Assembly (NCBI GenBank): GCA_965223905.1
Contig: CBDCXV010000001.1
Coordinates: forward strand, 1,536,001-1,600,000
From: Candidatus Latescibacterota bacterium
GTDB lineage: Bacteria; Latescibacterota; UBA2968; UBA8231
Direction: 5' to 3'
DNA: 64,000 nucleotides
A program made the position numbers and the translations under genes. Below the pieces are notes generated by a model. That model saw only the letters and a program-made list of their open reading frames with translations. It did no database searches and was not told the origin of the DNA. Shown piece by piece: positions 10,856 to 19,894 of the stretch; the first letter of the stretch is position 1; every line of letters starts with the position of its first letter.

Positions 10856-10993
10856 GCTCTCCCGCCGGGGTCAGAACTTCCCGCTCTGAAGGTCGCCGAC
10901 GATGTCGGCGAGGCAGCCGGCGATCGCCTCGAACATGCGCTCCCCCTTTTCCGCCGAGCCGAAGGTGGGGTCGCCGTAGATCCCCTGCTCCGT
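10819..10993 (+). repeat. 175-bp direct repeat, copy 1 (real DapA-like 3' end plus silent creatininase 3' end)
   Basis: Matches 13818-13992 with 6 mismatches by manual alignment. Confidence 0.95.
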
Positions 10994-11038
10994 GTTTTGT
11001 CCATCTTATGGGCACGTTTCCGGGAGGAGACGACAGTG

Positions 11039-13330
11039 ATGAAGCTTGACCGTTCTCAGTTAGAATTCTGCCGCTCGGACGCGGATCACATCCGGCTGTT
11101 GGCGCCCGCAGGGTGCGGCAAGACGTTTGCACTGCTGCATCGGTGCCGTGAGCTGGCAAGTCAGGCGCGCCACGCCGAACGATTTCTGATCGTCACGTTC
11201 ACCAAGTCAGCGACCACTGAGCTTGAACTACGGCTTGCGCGCGATCGGGATTTTGAGTCGATCCGGGATCAGGTGACGATCAGCACATTGAACGCGTACG
11301 GTTTTCGTCGAATGCGGAATGAGATCAAGGCGCCAAAGCTGCTCTCCTCAAGGAATGATCTGCATTTCGCCATGAGGAATCAGTTGCGGCCGCTGTGGAC
11401 CGTCAAACCCCACTTGGAGGGTGTGATCAATCGGCGCGGAAACGGCGCGCGACAGTTGATGACCGTGATGGACAGCCTGAAGGCGCTGGGGTTCGATCAC
11501 ACCAAGGACACAAACTTCGACAGGTTCAGCGAACATCTGCAGCGGCTACGGGGTCAAGGCTTGGACGCGCAAATCGACGCTCAGTTTGACGTACTGACGA
11601 GGGTGAAGGTGTTGGAGAGCAAGTCCCGCAATGGCGAAGAGGCCCCGGAAGACAGCCCGCGGCAAATGTACAACCGATTCTTCACCTTCTGGCGCGATGC
11701 GGTCTCGCGTCTGCACGAGGAGTCGACCTTTACCTTCGAGGACCAGAAATACTGGTGTTGGCTCGACCTACGGTCCCCGGACAAGGCGGGTAAACGGAAG
11801 CCCCCGGTGACGGGTGTAGCCCGTTTCGACCACATCCTGATCGACGAGTTTCAAGACATCAACCCACTCGACCTGGAACTGATTCGGACGCTGGCGGACC
11901 GACACCGCGCGAGCATCGCGATCGTCGGCGACGACGACCAGGCCATCTTCGAGTGGCGCGGAGCTACGCCTGAGTACATCCTCAATCCCGAGGTCTACTT
12001 CGGCAACCCGTTCCAGACGTACGTGCTTGGCGTCAACTACCGGTCGCCGGCAAACATCGTCGAGTTATCGCAAAACCTCATTCGACATAATTTGAGCCGC
12101 GTCGGGAAGCAGGTGACTGCCGTTCCCGGAGCGCCACGAGCGGTGATTGAGATGCGACCAACTGATTCGATTGGCGAACGTCTCGAACTGGTTTCGAAGA
12201 TCGCGCGAAAACTTCCGCATCCCGGAAAAGTCGCCGTGATTGGGCGCACCCGGGCTCAACTGATCCCCTACGAGGTGTATTACGCCTCCGATGGCGGACC
12301 TGTGCAGATGGCGACTGACCTGGATGTCTTCGCGAGCACGGCATTTGACGGACTTCTCCACCTGCTCGAAATCTGGGAACGACGCGAGGACCGGCGGAGA
12401 TCCCGACAAGTGATTGAGGAGGCCGTCGATGTGTTCAATGCGATCCGCCGTGCGCCCTTCAGCAAAAAGAATGATCGCGAGGTTCGCACCTTTCTCCAGC
12501 GTCTGGATGCGCGAACCTGTGCGGACGCTATCAAGTCGATGGCCGACTACGAGGGGCCTAGATTGTCCGGTAAGACCCACGAGCATCTCGCCGAAATGGG
12601 CAGCAATTTCATTTGCACAGGTGAAGTGTGGGAAGCGATCAGCGCGATCGCCGATGGATTCGACGGTCTGCGATTCGATTTTGAGAAGGCTGAAGACGAC
12701 GTTTGGTACACTGACCCGCCACTCCAGCAGTTGGCCGATATGGCCCACGAGCAGCAAATGAATGTGGACGACCTGATCGACCGCTTGGAGCGAGCTCGCG
12801 ATCAACTTCGGCACTATCAGGGATTCGAGGATGATTCAGGCGATGGTGGCGACGACGCTGAGCGTCCGCTGCATCTGATGACGGCAACCCGGGCGAAGGG
12901 GAAAGAATTCGACACCGTCATCATGCTCGACACGGTCGAGACAATCTGGCCTCACAGGCGCGCACACTCCGTCCGAGAAATCGAGGCTGAGCGACGGCTC
13001 TTCTACGTCGCCTTCACACGGGCGCGACAGCGCGTGATCATGCTCACGGCCGAGGGCGCACCGACCAGCCGCTTCGTCAGGGAGCTGGAGCTCCCAAAAG
13101 TTTGCGGTATTGATAACACGCCCGGGGTCAGCGGCGGAGAACCTCGCATTGTTGGCAGCCGCATTCCGGTCTGGGTTTTGGTGCAGGCCAGCAAATTGGG
13201 CATGGATGAAGCTGACCTTTTGCGCACCTACCCCACCTTGAAGTCGGAGGACTTGGCCAATGCCCGGGCTTATTTCAGGTCGCACCGCGCAGAAATCGAA
13301 CAGCAGATCGCCGACAACGAGTCGGCTTGA
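11039..13330 (+). CDS. UvrD/Rep (SF1) helicase fused to C-terminal DUF433 antitoxin domain
   Basis: GGAGGAG RBS. SF1 motifs APAGCGKT, VTFTKSA, IDEFQD, VGDDDQAIFEWRGA, NYRS, AKGKEFD, ERRLFYVAFTRAR. C-terminal GIDNTPGVSGGEPRIVGSRIPVW...YPTL...L is DUF433. Confidence 0.9.
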   Translation: MKLDRSQLEFCRSDADHIRLLAPAGCGKTFALLHRCRELASQARHAERFLIVTFTKSATTELELRLARDRDFESIRDQVTISTLNAYGFRRMRNEIKAPKLLSSRNDLHFAMRNQLRPLWTVKPHLEGVINRRGNGARQLMTVMDSLKALGFDHTKDTNFDRFSEHLQRLRGQGLDAQIDAQFDVLTRVKVLESKSRNGEEAPEDSPRQMYNRFFTFWRDAVSRLHEESTFTFEDQKYWCWLDLRSPDKAGKRKPPVTGVARFDHILIDEFQDINPLDLELIRTLADRHRASIAIVGDDDQAIFEWRGATPEYILNPEVYFGNPFQTYVLGVNYRSPANIVELSQNLIRHNLSRVGKQVTAVPGAPRAVIEMRPTDSIGERLELVSKIARKLPHPGKVAVIGRTRAQLIPYEVYYASDGGPVQMATDLDVFASTAFDGLLHLLEIWERREDRRRSRQVIEEAVDVFNAIRRAPFSKKNDREVRTFLQRLDARTCADAIKSMADYEGPRLSGKTHEHLAEMGSNFICTGEVWEAISAIADGFDGLRFDFEKAEDDVWYTDPPLQQLADMAHEQQMNVDDLIDRLERARDQLRHYQGFEDDSGDGGDDAERPLHLMTATRAKGKEFDTVIMLDTVETIWPHRRAHSVREIEAERRLFYVAFTRARQRVIMLTAEGAPTSRFVRELELPKVCGIDNTPGVSGGEPRIVGSRIPVWVLVQASKLGMDEADLLRTYPTLKSEDLANARAYFRSHRAEIEQQIADNESA

Positions 13331-13334
13331 AAAC

Positions 13335-13673
13335 GTGGCGCGCCTGTACTCCAATGAGAATTTCCCCTTCCCGGTGGTAGAGGCGCTCCGCGGGTTGGGC
13401 TACGACGTGTTGACCATTCAGGAAACAGGCAAAGGGGGCAAAAGCATCGAGGACGAGAAGGTTCTGGAATTTGCCTGTGCCGGCGATCGGATTCTTCTCA
13501 CTCTCAACCGCAAGCATTTTATCGGCCTGCATCAGAAACAACCGGATCACTGTGGCATTATCGTTTGTACTTTTGACCCGGATTTTGTCGGGCAGGCCCA
13601 ACGCATTCACGAGGCCATAGCTGGATCCCCAACTTCTGGAAAGTTGCTTCGCGTCAACAGGCCTGCGATTTGA
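13335..13673 (+). CDS. DUF5615 family PIN-like toxin (VapC45-like)
   Basis: GTG start 4 nt after the helicase stop; RLYSNENFP, GYDVLT, DEKVL and RILLTLNRKHF motifs. Confidence 0.85.
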   Translation: MARLYSNENFPFPVVEALRGLGYDVLTIQETGKGGKSIEDEKVLEFACAGDRILLTLNRKHFIGLHQKQPDHCGIIVCTFDPDFVGQAQRIHEAIAGSPTSGKLLRVNRPAI

Positions 13674-13817
13674 GATTCGGCTACTTGTGGAAGCAAGGGT
13701 TCTTCGAGGGGCCAATCAGTCAGAATGACCTCGTCTCCTGGTTGGAAGAGCTTGCCGGGGTAACGAAGCGCCTCGCGTCTGTGAAAATTCTGTCTCCAAC
13801 GGCGACTCGTACCCAAG

Positions 13818-13992
13818 CCTGGTGCGGGAGGCCTGCTGGCTGAGCGGCCGCTGAGCTTTCGCGCCGGCCTCAGAACTTCCCGCTCTGAAGGTCGCCGACG
13901 ATGTCGGCGAGGCAGCCGGCGATCGCCTCGAACATGCGTTCCCCCTTCTCCGCCGAGCCGAAGGTGGGGTCGCCGTAGATCCCCTGCTCCGT
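13818..13992 (+). repeat. 175-bp direct repeat, copy 2 (silent DapA-like 3' end plus real creatininase 3' end)
   Basis: Matches 10819-10993. Confidence 0.95.
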
Positions 13993-14613
13993 CATCTCGT
14001 CCATGCGCAGGAACTGCGACACCCGGTCCTCGTACTCCGATTCGGGATGAGTGCCGTCGCGCGGGGGCAGCTCCCCTTTGACGAGATCCGGCCGGATCGA
14101 CAGCATCAGCGACGTCTCCATCTCGCCGGCATGCCCCCAGCCGTGAGGGCCGGCCTCGCGGATCTCGTCGAGAAGGGGCTCGGCCGCCTTCCAGTGCGAC
14201 ACCGCGAACACGCGCGATTCCGGGTAGCGCTCCTTCACCTTCTGCAGGGCGACGGCCATGTCCGGCTGGTTGCCGCCGTGGCCGTTGACGATCAGCACCC
14301 TGGGAAAGCCGGCTTCGATCAGGCAGCCGACGGTCTCGGCGATGAGGTTGACGTGGGTCTCCGAGGTCGCCGTAATGCTGCCGGCGAAGCGCATGTGGTG
14401 GAAGGAGTACCCCAGCCACTGCGTCGGCAGGCAGACGACCTCGCCGGGCAGCTGCCGCTCGAGGCGCGCGACCACCTCGTCGGTCTCCATGGTGTCGGTG
14501 AGGAACGGCAGGTGGGGGCCGTGCTGCTCGAAGGAGGCGATCGGGTAGACGGCCACCAGGTTGCTCTTGTCGAGGGCCGCGACTTCCGGCCAGGTCATTT
14601 CACCCAGTTTCAT
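13870..14613 (-). CDS. Creatininase/creatinine amidohydrolase family protein
   Basis: EQHGPHLP..TD, NGHGGN, HAGEMETS and GIYGDP motifs. Confidence 0.92.
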   Translation of the reverse strand: MKLGEMTWPEVAALDKSNLVAVYPIASFEQHGPHLPFLTDTMETDEVVARLERQLPGEVVCLPTQWLGYSFHHMRFAGSITATSETHVNLIAETVGCLIEAGFPRVLIVNGHGGNQPDMAVALQKVKERYPESRVFAVSHWKAAEPLLDEIREAGPHGWGHAGEMETSLMLSIRPDLVKGELPPRDGTHPESEYEDRVSQFLRMDEMTEQGIYGDPTFGSAEKGERMFEAIAGCLADIVGDLQSGKF

Positions 14614-14651
14614 GAAGCTCCTTTCAGTTTTCGGATCGAGGGACTAACGCC

Positions 14652-15710
14652 GTGAACGATGCAAAGAAACGCAGGATCGCGACAGTGGGCGGAGACGGCG
14701 TCATCCGCCTCGAGGAACAGAACCTGCCACCACTCGGGGACGGCGCCGTTCTCGTGGAGGTGCACGCGTCGCTGGTCAGTCCGGGCAGCGAGCTGGGCGG
14801 CTGGCGCGGGCTGAGCCGCAGGCGCAGGTCGCCGGACCGCAGCATCGAACCGAAGCCGTTCGGCTACGCCAACTCCGGGGTGGTGCTCGAGGTCGGCGGC
14901 GGCGTCGACCGGTTCGAGGTGGGGGACCGGGTCTGCTGCATGGGCGGGGGGTACGCCTGCCACAGCGACTATGCGGTGGTGCCGCATCACCTGTGCGTCC
15001 ACCTGCCGGATGAGGTGACCTTCGCCCAGGGGGCCTACGGCCACCTGGCGGCCACGGCCCTCCACGCCTTGCGCCGCAACGCCCCGGAGTTCGGGGAGTA
15101 CACCGCGGTCGTCGGCCTCGGCCTCGTCGGACAGCTGACCGCCCAGGTCCACCGCCTGGCCGGCTGTTACGTGATCGGCTGGGACACCGTCGACCTGCGC
15201 CTGGAGACCGCCCGCAGGACCGGCATCGACGCCGCCGTCGACAGCGCCGCGGAAAGCGCCGCCGAGGCCACCGCCGCCTTCACCAGGGGGGAGGGCCTCG
15301 ACTCCGGGGTGATGGCCTTCGGAGGGGACGGCACCGAGGCGTTCGAGCAGCTGCAGGGCTGCCTGAAACGCGCCCCGGACGGCCCGCGCACCGGGCGCAT
15401 CGTCGTCGTCGGCGGAACCACCATCGACTACGCCGCGGCCACCTTCAACGTCGACATCCGCCGCTCCGCCCGGACCGGTCCGGGGTACCACGACGAGGAG
15501 TGGGAGCATGGAGCGGATTACCCGAAGGTGTACATGCGCTGGACCACGCGCACCAACCTCGAGCTCTGCATGCGGCTGATCGCCGAAGGGAAGCTGCAGG
15601 TCGACCCGCTGACGACGCATACGATCGCGCTGGAGGATGTGGAGAAGGAGGTCGAGCGCATCGTCGGAGAGCCGGACCGCATTCTCGGGGTGGTGTTCCG
15701 CTGCCGCTGA
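14652..15710 (+). CDS. Zinc-binding (MDR) alcohol dehydrogenase family protein
   Basis: SPGSE, GYANSG, GDRV and VVGLGLVGQ (Rossmann) motifs. Confidence 0.85.
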   Translation: MNDAKKRRIATVGGDGVIRLEEQNLPPLGDGAVLVEVHASLVSPGSELGGWRGLSRRRRSPDRSIEPKPFGYANSGVVLEVGGGVDRFEVGDRVCCMGGGYACHSDYAVVPHHLCVHLPDEVTFAQGAYGHLAATALHALRRNAPEFGEYTAVVGLGLVGQLTAQVHRLAGCYVIGWDTVDLRLETARRTGIDAAVDSAAESAAEATAAFTRGEGLDSGVMAFGGDGTEAFEQLQGCLKRAPDGPRTGRIVVVGGTTIDYAAATFNVDIRRSARTGPGYHDEEWEHGADYPKVYMRWTTRTNLELCMRLIAEGKLQVDPLTTHTIALEDVEKEVERIVGEPDRILGVVFRCR

Positions 15711-15725
15711 AGCGCCGCGGCAGGT

Positions 15726-16667
15726 TCAGCGCAGGAAGTCGAGGTCCTTCAGGCCCTGCTCCAGCCGCTCCATCTGCGCCTCGGTGAGGGTGTAGTACGG
15801 CAGCGGCAGGTGCCGGCCGCTGATGCCGAACAGCTCGGACATCCCGTGCCAGACCGGGTTGAGGCTGACCCCGAAGCTCCCCATCAGGTCCCGCAGCGGC
15901 CACTCGATTTCGCGGACGACGCGCCAGGCCTCCGCAAAGCGCCCTTCCTTGACGGCGTCGAAGTATTGCCAGGCGATGTCGGGCCGGAAGCTCATGGTCG
16001 GGCAGAGGTAGCCGTCGACGCCGTAGGGGACCTGGAGGGTGTGGTTGGACATCCACCCGCCCGAGACCACCGCCCAGCGGTCGTGGACGAGCATGCACAT
16101 GCGGTTGCCGGCCTCGCCGAGCACGTCGTCCTTGACGGCGACGAGGTTGGGGCAGCGTTCGTACAGTTCCCGCACCACCTCGAGCTGGCGGCCCGGCGGG
16201 CGCGGGCCCATGTGGGTGAAGAAGGCGGTCACGATCATCGTCGGCATGTGTTGCCCGACGGCGTTGAAATGTTCGACCAGGGTGTCCGTCGTCGTCGACG
16301 CGGCCCAGTCCGGGGGCAGCAGCATGAGCAGGTCGGCGCCGATCCCCTTGCAGTACTCGGCAAAGGCGGCCGCCTTCGGGGTCGCCCAGGAGTTGTCGGC
16401 GGCGATGACCATGGTACGGCCGCGGCTTTGCTCGACGACGACCCTGACGAGCTCGGCGATCTGGTCGTCGGTCAGCACCGAGTACTGGCTGTCTCCCCAG
16501 GTAACCATCACCGTACCCGCCCTGGCGGCGACGGCAAACTCCACCTGGGCGCGCACCCCGTCGAAATCGATCTCTCCCGATTTGGTGAACGGCGTGCGCA
16601 GCGAGGGCACCGGGCAGTCGAGGGCGGCTCTCAGCCCGGCCGGACAACCCGCTTCTTTCGAGGCCAT
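15726..16667 (-). CDS. Dihydrodipicolinate synthase family protein
   Basis: TPFTKSGEID, GDSQYS, GADLLMLLPP and AVKDD motifs; start MASKE abuts the upstream SDR stop. Confidence 0.85.
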   Translation of the reverse strand: MASKEAGCPAGLRAALDCPVPSLRTPFTKSGEIDFDGVRAQVEFAVAARAGTVMVTWGDSQYSVLTDDQIAELVRVVVEQSRGRTMVIAADNSWATPKAAAFAEYCKGIGADLLMLLPPDWAASTTTDTLVEHFNAVGQHMPTMIVTAFFTHMGPRPPGRQLEVVRELYERCPNLVAVKDDVLGEAGNRMCMLVHDRWAVVSGGWMSNHTLQVPYGVDGYLCPTMSFRPDIAWQYFDAVKEGRFAEAWRVVREIEWPLRDLMGSFGVSLNPVWHGMSELFGISGRHLPLPYYTLTEAQMERLEQGLKDLDFLR

Positions 16668-17407
16668 CAGTAGGTCGCCCTGCCGCCGCTGGCGTCGAAG
16701 CACTGGCCGGTGGCGAAGGTCGACTCGTCGGAGGCGAGGAAGAGAATCGTCGCCGCCACCTCCTCCGGCCGGCCCAGCCTGCCCAAGGGGATCTTCGAGG
16801 TCAGGAAGTCGACCCGATCCGGCTCCATCTCCCGGAGGATCGGCGTGTCGATCAGCGCCGGGGCGACGCAGTTGACGCGGATGCCGTCGGCGAGCACCTC
16901 CTTCGCCAGGGTTTTCGTGAAGCAGATCACCCCGGCCTTCGACACGGAGTAGGGGGCCATGTTGGCGTTCCCCTCCTTGCCGGAGATCGACGCCATCGAC
17001 ACGATGGCTCCCGACTGCCGCGGGATCATGTGGCGCACGGCCTCCCGCGAGCACAGGAAGGTTCCCTTGAGATTGACGTCGAGGACGCGGTTCCAGTCCG
17101 CCTCGTCGAGATCCCTGACCGGGGAGTCGCTGCCGACGATCCCGGCGTTGTTGACCAGGATGTCGAGGCTGCCGAAACGGGCGACGACCCCGGCGAAGGC
17201 GCTCTCGACGGAAGCGGCATCGGCGACGTCGGCGCGGAAGGCGGATGCGCCGAGCTCGTCGGCGGCCTGCTCCGCCTTCTCCAGGTCGATGTCGAGGATC
17301 GCCACGCGCGCCCCCTCGGCGACGAAACGGCGGGCGATGGCGTAGCCGATCCCCTGGGCCGCCCCGGTGACGACGGCGTTCCTGTTCTCGAGCAGTTGAA
17401 GTTTCAT
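16667..17407 (-). CDS. SDR family NAD(P)-dependent oxidoreductase
   Basis: TGAAQGIG, NNAG and YSVSK motifs. Confidence 0.93.
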   Translation of the reverse strand: MKLQLLENRNAVVTGAAQGIGYAIARRFVAEGARVAILDIDLEKAEQAADELGASAFRADVADAASVESAFAGVVARFGSLDILVNNAGIVGSDSPVRDLDEADWNRVLDVNLKGTFLCSREAVRHMIPRQSGAIVSMASISGKEGNANMAPYSVSKAGVICFTKTLAKEVLADGIRVNCVAPALIDTPILREMEPDRVDFLTSKIPLGRLGRPEEVAATILFLASDESTFATGQCFDASGGRATY

Positions 17408-17501
17408 CCGGTCTCCTTGCCTGGTGTGACTTCTGGCACCTGGGCGCGCGTCCGGGGGACAGAGTTCAGGTGCCGGCTCGCCTCGGCGTCGGGGTACTCG
17501 A

Positions 17502-18170
17502 TCAGTAGGGCGTCGTCTGCACGGCGAGGGCGATGGAGAGCTCGATGTCGACGATGGCCTGCGACACGGCGCGGCCGATCAGGTCGAGCTGGCGCACCTC
17601 GTCGATGCGGGCGGCGACGTTGGCGAGCTCGCGGTCGGACAGTATCTGCCGGAACAGGTCGCAGGCATGCACCAGGCCGATGATGACCACGTCGCGCGGC
17701 AGGGGAACCTGGTCGCTGAACAGGATCTCCATGATTCGGAGCTTCACCTCCCGTTCGGCGGTGCCGTCGATGGCCGGGTAGCGGCGAGCCTGGAAGACCC
17801 ACAGAAAGCGGTCGTCCCGGCATTCGAGAATCCCCCGGTCCACCAGCCGGTTGAGCGCCTTGTGGCGGATCGCCTCGGCGCTGAGACGGGCGGTGCGTTC
17901 CACCCAGAAGCGCGCGTCGTGGGTCTCCGTCGCCTGGGCAATGTCGGCGAGCGTCGGGTCGAGCAGGCTGTCCTCAAGGGGTTCCGGGTTGACGAGAATG
18001 AGCTTCTCCAGGTCGGTGTCGATGCGGTCCTCGAGCGCCAGGTCCATCAGCACCCCGCCGGCGAGGGCGTAGCGCAACAGCCGGTCCGGCACCCTGGCGA
18101 ATTTGCCGTTCTCGTCGTCGAGCATGAGCAGCATGAGTTCTTCGGGAAATCTCAGCATCGTCCGATCCAT
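17502..18170 (-). CDS. GPP34/GOLPH3 family protein
   Basis: EELMLLMLDD, LAGGVLMDLAL..RI, LVDRGIL and FLWVF..RRYP motifs. Confidence 0.8.
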   Translation of the reverse strand: MDRTMLRFPEELMLLMLDDENGKFARVPDRLLRYALAGGVLMDLALEDRIDTDLEKLILVNPEPLEDSLLDPTLADIAQATETHDARFWVERTARLSAEAIRHKALNRLVDRGILECRDDRFLWVFQARRYPAIDGTAEREVKLRIMEILFSDQVPLPRDVVIIGLVHACDLFRQILSDRELANVAARIDEVRQLDLIGRAVSQAIVDIELSIALAVQTTPY

Positions 18171-18253
18171 CTTTGCGTCTCTTTCGGGGTTGGTTGAGGG
18201 ACTCTTGTCGTCAGAGCCAAGGTGAACCGGCCCCTGACTGCAAGCTATATGAA

Positions 18254-19834
18254 CCCTTGTTATTCATACAACCAGCGCCTAAGCGGGCATAGGCGCTTCC
18301 GAGACCCCATTGCATAGCCTCCAAGGCCTGCCTCCCTTCTATAGTTGCCTTTTTTGGTAGAGCCGTCCCCCCTATCTCTACCGACCTTGTTGAAATTGTA
18401 CGCGCCTCCGTGGAGACGCTTCGCTTGCGAGCCGATTACCCCAACCGACCCGGCCCGGGGTTACGCCATTCCCATATCCACGGGTCTGAGCGTGGCCAGG
18501 AATCTCCACAGACGGTCCCAGGGAGCCGCCATCCCTTGGGTCAGGATGACGCCCACCCTGCGTCCGTGCAAGGTGACGCGGGACGGCAGGCGCAGGTAGC
18601 GCCGTCGAAAGCTGTCCAGGCTCAGGGCCGTCGTCGAGCTTCCGTACTTGCGGGGCCCGCCCGCGTCGGGCCTCGGCGCGCTCGGCGACTTGACGGCCCA
18701 GATGCAGCAGGTTGTAGGCCAGCAGGTTCAGGGTCAGAATCGCCTGGTTGGCGGCGAAGGCATCCCGGGACGGGGTGCGCTGACCCGGTGGACGACCGCG
18801 GTAGTGCTGTTTGCGACGGGTGGTCGAGGAGAGCTGGGGCTGAAGGGTGGAGCTCAGCTCTCCGAGCATGCGCTCGAAGAGGCCGCGCTGACGGTAGAAG
18901 GCGACCACGTCGCGGCCGCGCATCGTCTGGGGACTGCGGTCGGTGATCAGGAAAAAGTGGCGGGCGATGGGCAACTCCTCCGTTTCGGAAGGGACCAATA
19001 CCAATACCACCCGTCGGGGCTGCGCCCAGGACTTGGCTTGATAGCGCAGCTCGCGACAGCGAAAGCCCTCTTCGCGCAGCCGCTCCGGGTGCTGCGCCAA
19101 CTCCTGCTGATAGGCTTCCACATACGGACGAGCCACGTCCTCCAGGCGCGCATTCTTCTTGATGCGCGACACGTACGAGGTGTCGGCCCGCGCTTCCAGC
19201 CGGCTCAGGAAGGGCCCGCTCACCGAGGCCGCGTCGAAGCGCAGGAGGACGCGGCCGGCCAGGTGCGATTGAATCCAGTCCAGGCGCTCCAGGATAGCCG
19301 CCTCGGCGCCCTCATGCGCGTGCACGTTGCCCGGCCGCAACACGGCGCCGAAGAAGTCGCCCGTCTGCGCCGAGCCGATGATCAGAGGATGGAACCCCGA
19401 GGCGTGGAAGTAGCCGTTGTACTCCACCCCCTGCTGGTGTCCGTGCACCGGCATCGGCAGGGCATCCATGTCGACGGCCAACTCCTCAAAGTTCCGACAG
19501 CGGGTGCGTGATCTGGTCCGGGCTACGGCGATCCTCGAAGTGGGCATCCACCCAATCCAGGACCTGGCTGTGTTCGAGCAGTTGCCGCAACACCAGCGCA
19601 CCGGTGTCGCCGCTGAGGTGAGTGGGGCGAGCTTCGATGTGGATAGAGCGGTTGAAAGACGGCTGAATCGGCCCGGCTTGCTGGGACGGGGTGGGGGACG
19701 GTAATTCACCCATTGGGTGTCCTCCTGTGTGGTTGGATCAAAGGGTAACCATGGCTTGTGTTCCCCTCTGAAACCTAAGCATGGGAGGCACCCCAGTACA
19801 GCTCCTTTCACTAAAATTCCATGAATAACAAGGG
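18254..19834 (-). mobile_element. IS1380-family insertion sequence (defective)
   Basis: 14-bp terminal inverted repeats CCCTTGTTATTCAT (18254-18267) and ATGAATAACAAGGG (19821-19834) enclose transposase fragments; target duplication is ambiguous (TGAA/TGA). Confidence 0.85.
18461..19713 (-). pseudogene. IS1380 transposase, broken
   Basis: N-terminus LSGDTGALVLR...DRR...ITHPL; frameshift/deletion near 19490; DDE core VDMD..VHGHQQG, LRPGN, LRFDA, FYRQRG..E; second frameshift near 18655 with the C-terminus SFRRRYLRLPSRV in another frame. Confidence 0.85.
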
Positions 19835-19894
19835 TTGAAACAATCTCCCTGGAGAGGTCAAAACTACCCTGACCACGGTCCGGAAGTCCTTGCC

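Noticed and set aside
13676-13817. Coding-like stretch after the PIN gene (FGYLWKQGFFEGP...)
   Set aside because: No start codon or recognisable family; probably a gene fragment at the cassette edge.
19486-19500. Programmed frameshift in the IS1380 transposase
   Set aside because: IS1380 transposases are single ORFs, sequence appears to be missing at the junction, and a second break exists.
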